From the NCBI RefSeq assembly GCF_009914755.1, contig NC_060942.1: 64,000 nt of DNA; one strand, 5' to 3'. Position 1 is the first letter of the stretch. Each line of letters begins with the position of its first letter. Shown in pieces: positions 38,796 to 52,850 of this stretch. Below the pieces are notes generated by a model, which was given only the letters and a program-made list of their open reading frames with translations, had not been told where the DNA came from and ran no database searches. The DNA is from the human T2T-CHM13v2.0 reference genome, Homo sapiens. Made by a program: the position numbers and the translations under genes.

Positions 38796-39112
38796 AGGGA
38801 CTTCCTTTCTTTATTTTTTTCTTTTATTATTATACTTTAAGTTTTAGGGTACATGTGCACATTGTGCAGGTTAGTTACACATGTATACATGTGCCATGCT
38901 GGTGCGCTGCACCCACTAACTGGTCATCTAGCATTAGGTATATCTCCCAATGCTATCCCTCCCCGCTCCCCACACCCCACAACAGTCCTGGAAGTCAGTG
39001 TGGCGATTCCTCAGGGATCTAGAACTAGAAATACCATTTGACCCAGCCATCCCATTACTGGGTATATACCCAAAGGACTATAAATCATGCTGCTATAGGG
39101 ACTTCCTTTCTT
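38796..39112 (-). mobile_element. Young L1 (L1PA2/3-like) 3' end with 5' inversion and perfect 16-bp TSD
   Basis: TSD agggacttcctttctt at 38796-38811 and 39097-39112; 3' UTR 38812-38988; inverted piece gtcagtgtggcgattcctcagggatctagaactag; lacks the Ta ACA triplet. Confidence 0.95.
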
Positions 39113-39451
39113 AATGCCAGATATGTAGGCTGTAGGTGAGGGAGCTATTGAAGTAGGAAAGTTCTAAATAGTGTAGCAACATATTGGGTTTAAAGTTTTG
39201 GTAGCTTGAAGGAGCAAAACTAGAAAGAAAGAGAATTGTTTAATGATTAGTGCTATGTTTCCAGTAAATAATGGTGAAGGTCTGAACTGGAACAATAGCA
39301 ATGGAACTGAAGGGGGAATGGTAGGAAGATAGAACTAATAAAACTTCATGATGAAAAAAAGGGAAGACAGTAGATTCTGATTTGATGTCAGTATTACTGG
39401 TGGTGCCATTAGCCAAGACAAGTGATAATGCTATCATTTAGAATGGATGAA

Positions 39452-39571
39452 GAGAGAGAGAAAGAGACAGATGCAGAAAGAGAGAGAGAGACAGACAGAG
39501 AGAGACAGAGAGAGAGAGAGACAGAGACACACAGAGAGAGAGAGAGACAGAGAGAGAGACAGAGAGAGAGA
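39452..39571. repeat. (GA)/(GACA)-type simple repeat
   Basis: Seen directly. Confidence 0.95.
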
Positions 39572-40209
39572 AGATATATCCCAGACTTCATCCCAGGGGA
39601 TGGAATAAATTATATAGAAAACAAATACCACCCTGGGTGTTCTTCATTAAATTATAAGATCCTTCTTGGATCTTATAGTTTCTATTCCTCTGCAAGATCC
39701 CAGAGGGATCTTATAATTTAATGAACAATACAGACAAACAGAATTGCAATTAATTGATAAAAATTAAAATGAAGGCATATAGAATGCCAAAAAAAGATGT
39801 ATGAGAGATATCAAATGAGGCTGGGGGTGAGAGATTGCAGAGCTTCTTTCTAAGTGTGAGAAAGGTATGGCCAGGGGAATACTTCAGGTAATTTAAATAG
39901 CATGTGCAGAAAGCCAAGGTATTCTACAAATGAAAGATATTCAATATACTTGGAGCTTATAGTTTGAGATGATAAATAGTGAGGTAAAGATGGAAAGTCT
40001 ATTGGAATCCTATCACACAGACCTGTATACCAAGCTAAAGAGTTGTTTATGAGGAAAGGACCTCATGAAGGACATAAAGACACCACCCAATGACTGAAGG
40101 GAAGTATGATGCCACAGTGTGGCATGGCAGTCTCTCTAGGGACTTTTTGTTATCACCTTCCCACTGGAATTTCAACAAGCTCAGAATCTCACATTAAACA
40201 AAATCTCCC

Positions 40210-40294
40210 TTCACAATAACAGCTGACATGAATAGAGTATGAACTTGGGGTCAACTCACGTAATCCTCACAACTCCATGAGACAGATTGTATTA

Positions 40295-40334
<40 letters not shown>

Positions 40335-40530
40335 TCCCTTTTGGTTTTTTAATTTTTTTATTAATACATAATAATTTCACATATTTATAAAATACCCTTT
40401 TTAAATAAGCAGAAACTGAGCCATAGAAAGGCTGAGAAACATGCTTTAGACCATGCAGCTAGTAACACTCAGAACCCAGGCTGTGTTACTGCAGAGTTTG
40501 TACTTTCTGACAACTACACTGACCTGCCTC
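40210..40530 (-). mobile_element. MIR SINE containing (AC)18 at 40297-40333
   Basis: taatcctcacaactccatgag...gaaactgagccatagaaaggc; AC tract seen directly. Confidence 0.7.
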
Positions 40531-40649
40531 AGCTTCATGTCCCTCTCTGGCTTGTTCCCTGTTTTTCTCTCCCCCTTCATAGCCAAAGGTGGTATTACTA
40601 CTAAATCCAGGGAAAAATTTCCATTTGTGTCTTCATTATTCTTTCCTCT

Positions 40650-41470
40650 GCTTCAGAAATGATTTTTGTTTTTTTTGCTCTGCATCCTTTTCCTTCCCAC
40701 CTTATATTTTTTCTGTCACACTCCAGGCAAAACATACACACAGTCTCAGTGGGTGATCACAACCACTGACAAGGTTTTAATCATCATTTACAGACATAAT
40801 TACAAAGTTCTATCTCTATTCTAGAATACTCACTTTAGCTCCTATAAAGGTTTCTCTTTTTACACACCACAAGGACCTCAAAAAGCAACATTTCAAAATC
40901 CAGTCTCATCAGAGTCTCTTCCGTTTCCTGGGTTCCAATGAAAGGCGTAATTATCAAGCAGTTGCCCAAGCATGACACCAGAGATACACCTTTGAAAATA
41001 TGTCAGGAGAGGTATGAAGTATCACTGAACCCTCTTGATTCCTGATTTACACTCTGAAATCCTCTTGCCTGCCTCCATCAATCTCTTCTGATTAAGCAAT
41101 ATTCTCCTGTGACAGCAGGGTTTTCTAGTGTCAACTCTCCCCAATATATTCTCCATACTACATTTAAACTGATCATGCCTTTAAAACAAACCTTATTATT
41201 ATATATTTCTGCCTAAATCTATGAAAAGTTCCTCACTAAACAACTACTAAACTCTTTAACATGGGATAAATGTCTTCCCCAGTTGACGTCTCCAGCCACA
41301 TCTGGCCATTCCCTCCATCTATCTGTACTTCAATTCGCTTCCCTCACCAAACTCTCAAACTCTTTGCTTCATTGTCACAGAACAAGTTGCAGTTCTGTGA
41401 ACAAACCTTCCTTGGAATTATGTCCATGGTGCTTATATCTGCAGGTGTAAAGTTTCTAATCACATGCTTG
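40650..41470 (+). mobile_element. L2 fragment
   Basis: ctcaaaaagcaacatttcaaaatc...ttgcccaagc; decayed. Confidence 0.5.
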
Positions 41471-41478
41471 GAAAAATG

Positions 41479-42433
41479 TGTAAACTAAATGTAAAATCCT
41501 AAGCCCTCCACCAAGTGAATGGACTTGCTCTTGGCAAATGAGACCCCAGAAAAAAGCTTAAAACTGGAGTTCCCAACCATAACAAGACAGGAGTTCACAC
41601 ACACTTCATTATGCCCCTTTCTTTTTGCAATTTAGACACAACACTTGGCCAGCATTAATGTTAAAATAGAGATCTCAAGACTGACAGAATGGACTCTTTG
41701 TGTCAATAAGATACCAAATTATAAACAAGGCCTAAGTTCATGCCAGGCAAGGATTAACCCATGCACTCCTACACTTAGAGAATAAATGATGTTCTTCTCT
41801 GTAGACTTTACGGAGAATTTTACTATAGACTTTACAAACACTGTCATAAGGTTTTTCTTTTTCTCTCTTAGCTAAACAAGCACTGGTCATAAAATAAGCA
41901 ATGTAAAAACAGTTGCAACTCATCCAGCTCACAGACACCAAGTAACCAAACACCTGCTCCACCAGCCTTAACTACAGCTTTGGTTGAACAAGAGACTGAT
42001 TTCAGTAACTTTTTACTGATAAGAAAACCACCAACCATGGACTGGTTCTAGCCAGTTTACAGAAGCTGAGCACTTGAATGCCTTTGTATCCTGAAAAGAC
42101 ATTTTGACACAGAGGACCTAATTGTAATACATGTAAATGTTAAGTCTCCACCCCAAGGTGAATGTGGGTCATATGTTACATGCATGTTTGTTAATATGTA
42201 TGTGTCAGCACAACCTTTATGAATATGCATAGCTCCTTCTGTAACCTGCTGAAAAATGTACATTTAGCCATTCCATTCAGCATAAAGCCCTTACCTCTTC
42301 TTCAAAATGCCTGTCACTGGTCTATGCTGGAGCTTTCCAGCCTACAGAATGGCCACTGTGCAGGCTGCAGCCTTGTCTAAGAAATCAAGTTTCCTTTTCC
42401 AAATTCATAAATCTTGTGATTTTTAAGGTAACA
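41479..42433 (+). mobile_element. MER4D-type ERV1 solo LTR with 4-bp TSD (aatg)
   Basis: TG...CA termini (tgtaaactaaatgtaaaatcctaagccc...ggtaaca); aatg at 41475-41478 and 42434-42437; cagcattaatgttaaaatagagatc. Confidence 0.9.
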
Positions 42434-44342
42434 AATGCAATGTTTGTAATTTCTCTCCAACTGAAATTAAGTTGGTTCATGAGTTTTGACACATCTCCGT
42501 TAACAGAAAACATAATCTTGCCAATTCAAAAAACATGTTTAAGAACAATTTCTATAATCTCAGCTATGGCCTTCCTCTTTCTCTTGCCACTAGAGAGATA
42601 TATGTCTTCCTCACATTTGGAAAGGGATGTCTAGCCCTTTCCAAATGCGATCCTCTGTTGCTGGGCTCTGCTGATAGATTTGTCCCTCCTTGCCATGGTG
42701 TTGCCCTTGGCTTTCTCTACTGATAACTGTTCTAAGTACTTCTCCATTTTCTCTGCATGGACAAAGTATGGTGGTCACTGGGGCAAGGCCAGCATGAGTG
42801 GTCTATCCTGCTGATTCATCCCCTATCTCATCTCTCATTACCAACCCTCTGTATGGAGAAGGGAGTCTCCCAAGAAGCACGCTGTTCTTCCCAGATCTCT
42901 TCTGCACCCTGCTTTGGCACACTGGAACTTTTTGATCTACATTATGTCACACAGAGGCTGAAAGACTTGGGATGCCACATCATCTCTTACCTTCTCTACA
43001 TTGCCCCTCTCCTCTGCTGGCATTCAGGCGGGCTGCAATATTGTCTCTCCTCAGAGTTCAGATCTCCAAACCCATACAGGATTTCCATTGCCCCTCCTTT
43101 TTCAAGGTTCTCACTCTGAAGAAGAGGCCAGAGGACAACTGCAGAACTCTACACTGACCTAAATGTTCTTTTTGCCCTTATCAATGTTCTTCAGGCTCCA
43201 CCTCAATTAAGAAGGATCTTAAGTTTTCTCACTGTGTAACAGAAAAAACTATTTTTTGTCATTATACCTCTTTTCTGTTCCCTGTGGTTTAAGAGGTGGA
43301 ATTCAATGCCCTGATTCAACCAGGCTTTACACTTGACATGTAAAGAACAGTCCCTAGCATTCCAAAGCATTTTTCTCTCTCTCAAGTGTCTGCCTCTTGC
43401 AATTCAGAATTACTTTCAAGATACTGCCTGCTATGAACTTAGCAAAAAGTACATAATGAAACTCAAAGTGAAGAAAATAATTGAGTCCATTCTTCTTGGG
43501 TTATTTTCTTCCCTTTCCCAAGCAATAAATCCAGTTTTTTTCTAAAGAATACATTTATTTACATTAATTCAAAATGTCTAAATCACAATATGCTAGAGTC
43601 CATTAACATATAATTTTAAGATTTACATATACACAAGTATACGAACAAATGTTACTTTGCTGGAACATAGGTTTTATAAATTATTCAGACATGTTGGCTT
43701 TCACATCCACATACTTATGGCAACAAACCATTATGATTTTAGACTTTCAATAAGGACTTCAGTGCAATTCCAGGAAATGTACAGAATGAAAAGAAAACCA
43801 TAAAACAAATGTAACTTTCTTACACAATGACACCATGAAAGGTATGGTATTACAAGAGGAAATTTTATCAATATAGTCTGTTCAGCCTGGTCTGAAATGA
43901 TGAAATTAGCTGTATAATTCCCAAACATTACTTTACTTTGTGCTTATAAATGAAAGTTGCTTTATTCTTTTTTCTACATCTCTAAGAAATAAAATAGAAC
44001 ACTAATTCTTCCCTTTAAAATAATTCAACTTTGGTTCTAATAAGTTAGCAAAGTCCATTTTTAAGAACATTAATACATGAAGATTTCTTCCTATTTTATT
44101 TTTATTTTTTGAAGTCTGATTTTAAGGTTGGAAAGGCTTCAGGGAAAAAGGAGTCACAGAGAAAGAAACACAATTTTCAAAGTAATAATATTAATATTTC
44201 AATTTATTAAACTTCTGTACTCTTTCATATTGAAAATCTTATTTCTTTCATGCCTAACCTGGTTTATTTGAACTATTCCTTCAGCACTCAACCAAGGAAA
44301 AACTTTCTGAGGATACATATTTGTACCTTCCCACAGCTGTAC

Positions 44343-44967
44343 TGATGGCAACAAGAGGCAGCCAAATACCTACGCAGATAGGAGTGGGTCCCTGGTGAAA
44401 CCCACCTCCAAGCCAAAGGCAGTTTAAAGCCTGAAAGCCAAGCTGCAAGTTAAATCCTCCCCCAGGATTGAGAACTTGGCTTCCTGTCTGGCACACTTTC
44501 CTCTGATTTGTTCCTATCCTCCACCTATTTTACATACACTGACCGTTTCCTAATTGGTTTTCTACACTGTCATGCCCACCTTTGAGTGGTGTCTTTAATT
44601 TAACCTTTTTTGCGTACTCACAAACCAATCAGCCTGCACTCCCCATTCTGAGCCCATGAAAGGCCCTGGACCCAGCCACAGGGGGAAACTTTTTTGCCTT
44701 TGAGTACCAACCCCATGTACCCTCTCTGTCTAAAGCTGTTTTCATCATTCAATAAAATTATTCTCCACCCTCCTCACTGTTCAATGTCCAGTGTATCCTC
44801 ATTCTTCTTGGGCATGGTACAAGAGCTTGGGAATCGCCGATCGTGGGCACAGGCTGTAACACAGGTGAGCTGGGGCATGCCAGAATGTTCGAGCCAGGCC
44901 CAGGCAGGGCATTGCTGGCTGGGGGTCCCCAGCTTGCAAAGTAAGCAAGAAGGAAAATCCTACGTCA
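44343..44967 (+). mobile_element. ERV1 solo LTR (LTR29/LTR1-group-like) with 4-bp TSD (gtac)
   Basis: TG...CA termini; gtac at 44339-44342 and 44968-44971; CCAAT box and aataaa. Confidence 0.85.
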
Positions 44968-44999
44968 GTACTAGGTGATTTGCCATGCCTACTTGTATC

Positions 45000-45190
45000 T
45001 ATGGCACCTAGCACCTACCCTCGTATGACATGTATCATACTACATTGTAATTACTTGTTTAGCATTCTCTGTCTTCCCATCTAGAGGGCAATCTCCTTGA
45101 GATAGGAAGGCTCTTATTTGTCTTCCTCTCTCCCATACCAGCATATTTACCAGCATAGTAGAAACTGAATAAATAGTTGCTAAATAAGTA
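45000..45190 (+). mobile_element. L2 3' end
   Basis: cattgtaattacttgttt...ctccttgagataggaagg...aataaatagttgctaaataa. Confidence 0.7.
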
Positions 45191-45679
45191 AAATAGTGGA
45201 TGTTGGTACCACTTTATAGAAAAAGGAACTGATAGCAAAGAGATAAATTGTCTTACCTAACATGCCAGCTACAAATCCAAAATCAGAACAATAACTATAG
45301 ACTATCTGCATAATTTTACAGAAATATTGAAACACTAGAGTGGAAGCAAAAATTCACTTTTTCTTTAATTAAACATTCAGCAATAACTATACCCCAAATC
45401 AGAAGCTCACTTATTGACTTTAAACTATATAGTTAATTTAGACTTACAACAAATTTATTTAGTCATATAGTTAAAAATTGTACTTCGGCAGAAATGTAGA
45501 TTCAAATTCTAGCTGTTTGACTTATATGATTTAGTAGAATTCTCTGAGCCACAATTTCTTTACCTGTGAAATAGAGTCAATAAAACTTGCCTCCTGCCAA
45601 AAAAAAAGAAAATTGTGAGGATTAAATTTGACCCTTATAAAATAAAATTAAAATGTAAAGCAATCCTTACAAATAAAAA

Positions 45680-46700
45680 ATAAAATGAAATAAATGAAAC
45701 TAAATCTGTATCTAACCGGTGGTATAACCACACATAAAAAAACTGCTATAAGTGACCTTAAAGCACAGTAATTTCACTGCCTGGTGGGGTATAATTTAAG
45801 GACAAAAATAACTGTAAAAACAAAAACAAAACCTTACTCTTTTTTTCACTTATTATATTATTGGCAGTAGTGTTGGTAGTGGCATGTTGGTATTGTTATT
45901 ATGAAACAGTTACTTGTGAGTTGTGGAATAAAGAAATTGAGTAATTATGTGATATTCTAGTTCTATAATTCCCAGTGTGGTCTTAAATCATGTTTCTTGA
46001 CTTTTGGTGTAGAAGGATGAAGAAGTTGCATTATAGTAAATACACAGGCCACTAACATAGTCATTTATTATCATTATCAAGTATTACGTAGTGTACTTAA
46101 TTGAATGTGCTAGACTTTTACATGGCTGGCAGTGAGGTTAGTTTGTTTACACCAGCATCACTACAAACACATGAGTAATGCATTGCACTAGGACATTAGG
46201 ACAGGTATGGTACCACTGAGGTATAGAAATTTTTCAGCTCCATTTTACTCTTATGAGACCACCACTGTATATGCAATGCATTCTTAACTGATATATTATT
46301 ATGCTGCACAAGAATGTAATAGGTAAAGAGAACAAAAAATCTTAATAAAAGTATCCCAAATAATAAATGACCAGAAAAAAATGATAGTTAATAATATCGT
46401 CTTTATGTAACACCCAAGAACTACTGGATTCAAATGAGTAACTACCAATGGTTGCTGACATCACCAAATGAGAAATAGACAGACATTGAACACCTCCTGA
46501 TGGAAGAATTTACTATCTTGCCAAGGCAATCATACCTGAATCTGATCAAGCCTCTGCAACTAATTTTGATTGACAGAAAATACCTAACACACAGCAACAT
46601 GATGAACAATTTCACAAGGATATAATCTGCACAATCCAAACTGTGGGAAAGTCTAGAGAAGAATTATCAATCAATCAGAAAATATGACTTACTAAATCTT
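45680..46700 (+). mobile_element. L1MC/L1MD-type 3' UTR fragments
   Basis: aaactaaatctgtatctaaccggtggtataacc; accaatggttgctgacatcaccaaa...acctgaatctgatcaagcctct. Confidence 0.65.
46025..46320 (+). mobile_element. Tigger3-family fragment
   Basis: gtttgtttacaccagcatcac...gaaatttttcagctccatttt...ttatgagaccaccactgtatatgc. Confidence 0.75.
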
Positions 46701-47399
46701 GATTCAAACAATTGGAGAAAAAATATATAAGCTGTTATGAGGGCTTAAAAAAAGAAAAAATACATGAGCTATTATGATGGCTATGAATAATTAATGGGTT
46801 AAGTCAAAGAGTCAAAAATGTTGAAAATTTTGTTTTCTTCTGTTACAAAATATATGCCTAAGGAAAACATAATTTTGATGAGACTAGTAATTAGCATGGT
46901 CAGTATGAAACATGTGACCATAGAAGTACTTTTTTCTCTTATATGGCCTATGGAAGCTTTTATTAGTTATGATAATTTGTGTTTTTAATCTCTTCAGTTA
47001 ATATACCCAGAGGCAATGGAATTGGAGCAGCCAAGAAGGCAGAAATAAATACAATATCCTGCATGAATTCAAAAGCATTAAAAAGCAAATCTATTCTTTG
47101 AATTTTGAAATTAAATAGGTCAAAGTGCTTAAAGAAAACTACAAAACTTTTATTTTCCTTTTTGATCACTAACCTTTCTTATCACACATACAAATTACAA
47201 ATTTTAGTGAGTAAATCTATTGTCTGTAAAAATAGGAATATCAAAACTCAGATTTACAGCATTCATTTAAAATGAAAACACTATTCCAGACTGCTAATTG
47301 TCTTCTTGGAAGTACTGTTCTATTTGCTTATGTTTCTGGGAAATCATTTTTCTGATTATGGCACCCTCCCAAATCTCAGTGCTTTGAAATTTAAGAGTA

Positions 47400-47900
47400 G
47401 TTATACTTTTGTAATAATGTATTTAATTGTAAAAATTTTATTATTATGAACCACAGTCACCATACTGTGCAATAGATCCACCAGAACCTATCTTCCCTAT
47501 CTAACTGAAATTTATACCCTTTGACCAATATTTTCCTTTCCTGGCCCACACCTTCCCCAAGACTCTGGTAATCACCATTTTGCTGCCTACTTTTACGAGT
47601 TCTACTTTTTTAGATTCCACATGAAAGTGAGATCATGCAGTATTTATCTTTCCATGTCTGGCTTATTACACTTAGCATAATGTCTTCTAGATTCATCCAT
47701 GTGTCACAAATGACAGAATTTTCTTCTGGTTTAAGGTTGATGGGATTTTAAATGTTCTCATCACAAGAAAATGGTAAATATGTGAGGTGATGCATATGTT
47801 AATTAGCCTGATTTGATCATTCCACAGTATATACAGGTATGTGAATATCACATTATACCCCATAAATATATACAAGTGTTGTCAACTTAAAACTATTTTT
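47400..47900. mobile_element. L1MA 3' UTR with inversion (minus ~47400-47735, plus ~47745-47900)
   Basis: ttagattccacatgaaagtgagatcatgcagtattt (antisense) followed by aaatatgtgaggtgatgcatatgttaattagcctgattt (sense). Confidence 0.8.
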
Positions 47901-49349
47901 TAGATTTAAAAAAATTAAATATTGCACACAATGCATGACTTACTGTTTTCTTTGTCTGTAATAGGGAACGCCATTAGATATCTCCCCTAGTTTTAAGCTC
48001 AGATGCCTCCAGCTTCACCAGATTAGTTTCTGCTCTAATGCTGGTGTTAGATCTTCGAAGCTTCCAATTCTGAGTTCTGAATATTTCAGGTAAAGGCAGT
48101 TCTCTTTGATTCTGAGTTATCAAGCCAATTTTCACTTCTTGACTCTAAAGCTGACTTTTCTCACTGGGAGAAAAAAAATACCCATTATTTTCCTACCAGG
48201 ACGCCCTTGATGGAAAAAATAAATGTATTCATCAGAAAGATACTGGTCTTCTTTTTATTTTTTCTACAAGGAAATAACAGTTCATAGTCATACTCAGGCA
48301 CTGTCTTCTCCTTCTGATTTGAAGTCATCTTTAAGTCTTTTTGTATCATCTCAAATACTTTCACACTAAGGGCATGGTACACTATAATCTTTACTGGTAA
48401 GTTAAGTAATATAAACATTTCTCCAAATACTAAGCTAACTAACTCTTCTGAAGTCCATTGCAGTAATACACATAAATCACCATTTTTCATATTTCAAAGA
48501 ATATACTTAAAACCAAAATAATTTATTTGACTCTTAGACAATGCTATTGTTGTTCCCTTTTAGAAACTAGAATTGAATAATTGCTCAAGGAGACCATTTT
48601 CTCCCTTATAGAGAAATAAGGAGATATTTTCTCCTTATAAGGAGATAAAATTTATCTTAATGAAAGATATCATGCATCTTTTAAACTCACTATCACTTAT
48701 TTACTAAGACTTCACCATTTCTGTGAATTCTAAATTATTTTTGAAGCTATTCATAAAAAGAGTGAAGAGGTTTAACAGAGAAGAGTAACAAATATTTAAA
48801 AACCATACAACTTCTAAGCACAGAAGTCATAATTCATTAATGTTATGTGCCCACAACAGTATCTGGCTCATAGTATAGCCTCAAACAATATATTCTGATT
48901 GAAAATGTGAATAAATGTTACAGCAATTTCAACACAATAAAATATAATGACTTTTTAAAATATATGTACATTTAGCCAACCACATTGTAAACTCCTGGAA
49001 GACAAGAAAAGTGCTTCATTGCTTGAACAAAATATAGAACATAGGAGATGAAAAGTAAATACTAATGGAACAAAAGACATGATGAAGCCTAACTTCAGAG
49101 AAAATTACATATTAATGTTAGACACACTTTTATAGTCATTGCTATCTTTGACTTTAAAATTAGCTTTTACATGATAAACTGCAATTATTATTTTGCACAA
49201 ACCATTAAATTATTTATCATAAATATACTGTAGTTGTTACATTACTTTGGCTGTTTTTAAACTTAGTGCTAATATTTACTACCATTAGATTGAGATATAA
49301 GGAAAATCATATAGTTCTACACAGAACTTCCTTTTCAGATGATACATTA

Positions 49350-49680
49350 TTAGTGTATGCAAATGCAATACATTTTTATGTTTTTTTATCCTGAAACTTT
49401 ACCGAATCTGATTATTAGTTCTAATACTTTTTTATAAAGTCTCTAGGGATTTCTACATATAGGATCATGTCATCTGCAAACAGAAGTAAATTTACTTCTT
49501 CTGTTTCTGATTTGGATTATTTGTATTTCTTTTTTCTTGCCTAATTGTTCTGGATAGAACTTCCACTACTATATTAAGTAGAAGTAGTGAGAGTGAACAA
49601 ACTTGTCTTCTTCTTGATCTTACAGAACAAGCCTTCAGTAGTCTCTGTATTCCCCAGGAGGATGCAGTTATAGATTTATT
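49350..49680 (-). mobile_element. L1M ORF2 fragment
   Basis: Minus translation RQVCSLSLLLLNIVVEVLSRTIRQEK (L1 RT region). Confidence 0.85.
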
Positions 49681-51167
49681 TAAAATTTCAGTAGTGCCAT
49701 CCAACTGACCAGATTCCTCAAGGCCATGATAACTGGAGCTACCCCGGGTGTAACAGAGCCTATCCTTCAGAAAATAGCAAGGCAGAATGCCATTTCAAGT
49801 AAGCCTTTATCACAGGCCTGTTAATAGGCAATGAATGCATATATTTTTAGTTAAGTAAATGAGCAATATGATAGCATAGAAAGTTATCTGTGACGAGCAA
49901 AGCAAAAGACAAGATATTCTAAAGCATAGAATTATTGGTTTGAAAATGTGTGTGTATGCGTCCAAGAAGCAAAGACAGAAGTTATGCTACAGGAATGCAA
50001 GTATAAAACCTCACACTTTGAGGAGCTACTTGAGTATGAGATGGAGAAAGACACACTGGAGGTGATGACGTTAGAGAGGCAGGAAGTCAATTCATGTAAG
50101 TCAACGTACAACACATGTGACAAAATGTCAGGAACTGGGAACACAGGACCAATAAATAATGGTCTAAATGATCAACTGGTTTGTGGTCTAGAAGCCACAT
50201 TTTGAAACATATAAATAAAAAAACTCCATATGTTACAGGTGCTACGATAGATTTATAAATGGGGCAGAGGATAGGACAGAAAGTAGGGAGTGTGAATTAT
50301 TCCTAGGTTGGGGGGAGATTGAGAGGAAAGCCTTGCTACCAAAAAACCCAGTGGAATAAACAAATAAGTAAATAATTAAGACACAATGTACCTGACAAGA
50401 TTAGGTTATAAATCATGATGTTCGGATGCAACTGTTAAAGACCATGAATATTTCATAGCCTAAACATTTTAAAATTAAATTTCACCTTTTCAAAATTATC
50501 AAACAGTGTATAAAACAGGCTCCTTTACAGTGTTTTTGGACTTCATTCCTTGTATAAATGTTGTCCCATTCCTGAGCCCGGATCTGAGCTATGGAAATAT
50601 GAGAATGGATTGAGGGCAGGGATTGAGTGAGTGACTGATATAGATGAGATACAATGCTTTGGCTTTTAGGATATAGCTGGAATGCTAAAATGTCTACAAA
50701 ATCCAAATGTCAGGTACTGCACAAAAAAGACTTTCAGTAGACATAAGCTGGGTTCTGAAGGATGACTGAGAGCTGGCCAGGTGAAGAGATCAGGGGAAAT
50801 AGAAGAAAGCTATCACAGGCAGAAGGACAGGGTAGCTAGTGATGGAGAAATGTTAGAGAATGTGGCTTCTCTTACTTTGGATGGCTGGAGGTTGGGAAGC
50901 TAGGGCGGGAACCTACAAGAGATGAACCAAAACAATAATCAGCGTTAGAGCAGGGTTAGAAATGAGACCAAAATAATAACTAGCGCTTTGTGTTGTGTTT
51001 TCAGTAAAGTATGATTATCATTTTGAACACTCCTGGGAAATTGTAAGAAAGACAGTGGAATGACTACATTTTTGTTTTATAAATATTAATACAAGATCAA
51101 AAATCCCTCCCTTCTTTGTCAAATCTTTATTGTACACAATTACTGCACTTCATTAGCTACTGTTATC

Positions 51168-51265
51168 ACAGGTTTCTCAAAGTGTGTTATACAGTTACTT
51201 AGTGGTCCCTAAAACCCTTTGAGAGGGCCCTCAAAGTCAAAACTATTTTCAAAATATTACTAAAA
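51168..51265 (+). mobile_element. Charlie1-family 5' end fragment
   Basis: caggtttctcaaagtgtg...ggtccctaaaaccc...gtcaaaactattttca. Confidence 0.6.
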
Positions 51266-52159
51266 TCACAGGTTTCCAAAATTTTGCAGAGGAAGCACTG
51301 CAAATGGAAACGCTCTGTTGTCATTTGAGGTCCCTGAAAGATTTTGCAGATATCTCTAAGAAAACCAACATTTCTAACCTTGCCAGTATCAGAAATTTGC
51401 TGGTCTAGCTTATAACAGATGCTGTGCTCTCTCCGTATAGAACTTGGTTCGCAAGTAAAAGGATGGATATACTCTTCTCTTGTTTTGGCTTTGGCCCCAG
51501 GAAAGCAAATCTGTATCAGACCCTCTTTGGTTCAGGGATCTTGCTAAATACACTTGAATATGCCTAGCTTTTGCAGTTGATGTTTTGGAATGCATACATA
51601 CCTAACTTAGTCTGACAAACTACCAGATATTCGAGATGGGAAGATCCCTGAGATTAGGAGTTACCAAATCCTTACAACCCTTATGAGCTTCTGTAATATC
51701 ATGCTGCCAGGTTACCACAAGGGAGGATATTTACCTAAGAGAATACCTTTACACAGCAGTTCTCTAAGTATGATGCATAGATACTTGGGTGTCCCTGAAA
51801 CCCTTTCAGAAACACTAAAATGTTGTTTGCCTTTTGCACTGTGTTGACATTTTCACCAATGATACAGAAGCAATGTTTTGTAAAACTACTGGTGAATTTG
51901 AACAAATCAAGGCAGTGGCAAGAAAATTGTACCAGTAGTTGTAACTTTACCACCGTTCATTTTTTTCATTTCCAGTGCAAAAGAAAAAAAAGCCAAGTTC
52001 AATTAAGGATATTTTTGATTTTGTAGTAAAAAAATTACAATATTATTAAACTCAACCTGTGAGTGCATGGCTTTTGAATATTCTGTATGACTAAATGGGA
52101 AATACACATAAACAACTTTTGCTACATCCCAAAGTATGAGAGTTGTTGCAAGCAAAAGC

Positions 52160-52850
52160 TCTAGAGCTCAGCTGAGCTGAGAGTTGAGACTTCATGTGAC
52201 AAAGTAGCTAATTTAAGCAACAAGCCAAAAATGAATAAGTAAGGGTTGTAATCAGTTACTGTGATGATATAAGCAAGAAGCTAAAATAAGGAAAATGCCA
52301 ATTCCCCTTTTCCATTTTCCCCCGCCAGAATGGCACACCAGTGGAGGATCAGGTAGATTAGCAGGGACATGGGGGTTGGCTCACCATTGAGGGAGCCCCA
52401 AGCAGAAAGCTCTGACAATTTTATGGACCCCGAGTTGAGGTAGGAGAGGGTGAAGGGAAGGGTTGGGAGTGGAAAAGTACTGGGTACTGAGTCAGATTGA
52501 GGAAAAGTGTCTTCAAATTTTCTGTCACCTCCCTGCATAAAGTGGCTAGTGAAGAAGACCTCTACCAAAGCCTTAGATAAAGGGACCTAGAAATGAAAGT
52601 CCTAGAGCTAGGACTGTAAATACGGGAAGAGCAAGACAAACCAGGCGTCTGAGTCCATGACCGCAACTGCTTTCAGAGACTGCAATATGAGGATCACGCA
52701 CCAACCATGGTGTGGAAAACGCAGCTCTCCCCAGTGAGGTGTGCCAGGCAAAGTTTTCATAGCTGCCTGTAGTCAGGCTTGAAAAATCACACATAAATTT
52801 TTAACCAAGAGACCGACTCCTCATTCACAATGTCACAGGGAAAAGTCACT
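52160..52850. mobile_element. ERV LTR-like insertion within Charlie1a, family uncertain
   Basis: GC-richer block interrupting Charlie1a collinearity; tgtgac...tgtcaca-like ends. Confidence 0.4.

Noticed and set aside
36082-39721. Low-complexity ORFs (SIYL repeats, ER repeats)
   Set aside because: Translations of GATA and GA microsatellites
49695-49770. agctaccccgggtgtaacagagcctatcc resembling LSU/mt-16S rRNA (tiny NUMT)
   Set aside because: Under 30 bp with several mismatches, and flanks do not extend convincingly
49948-50205. 85-aa acidic ORF
   Set aside because: Non-ATG start, in purine-rich decayed L2-like sequence, no homology recognised
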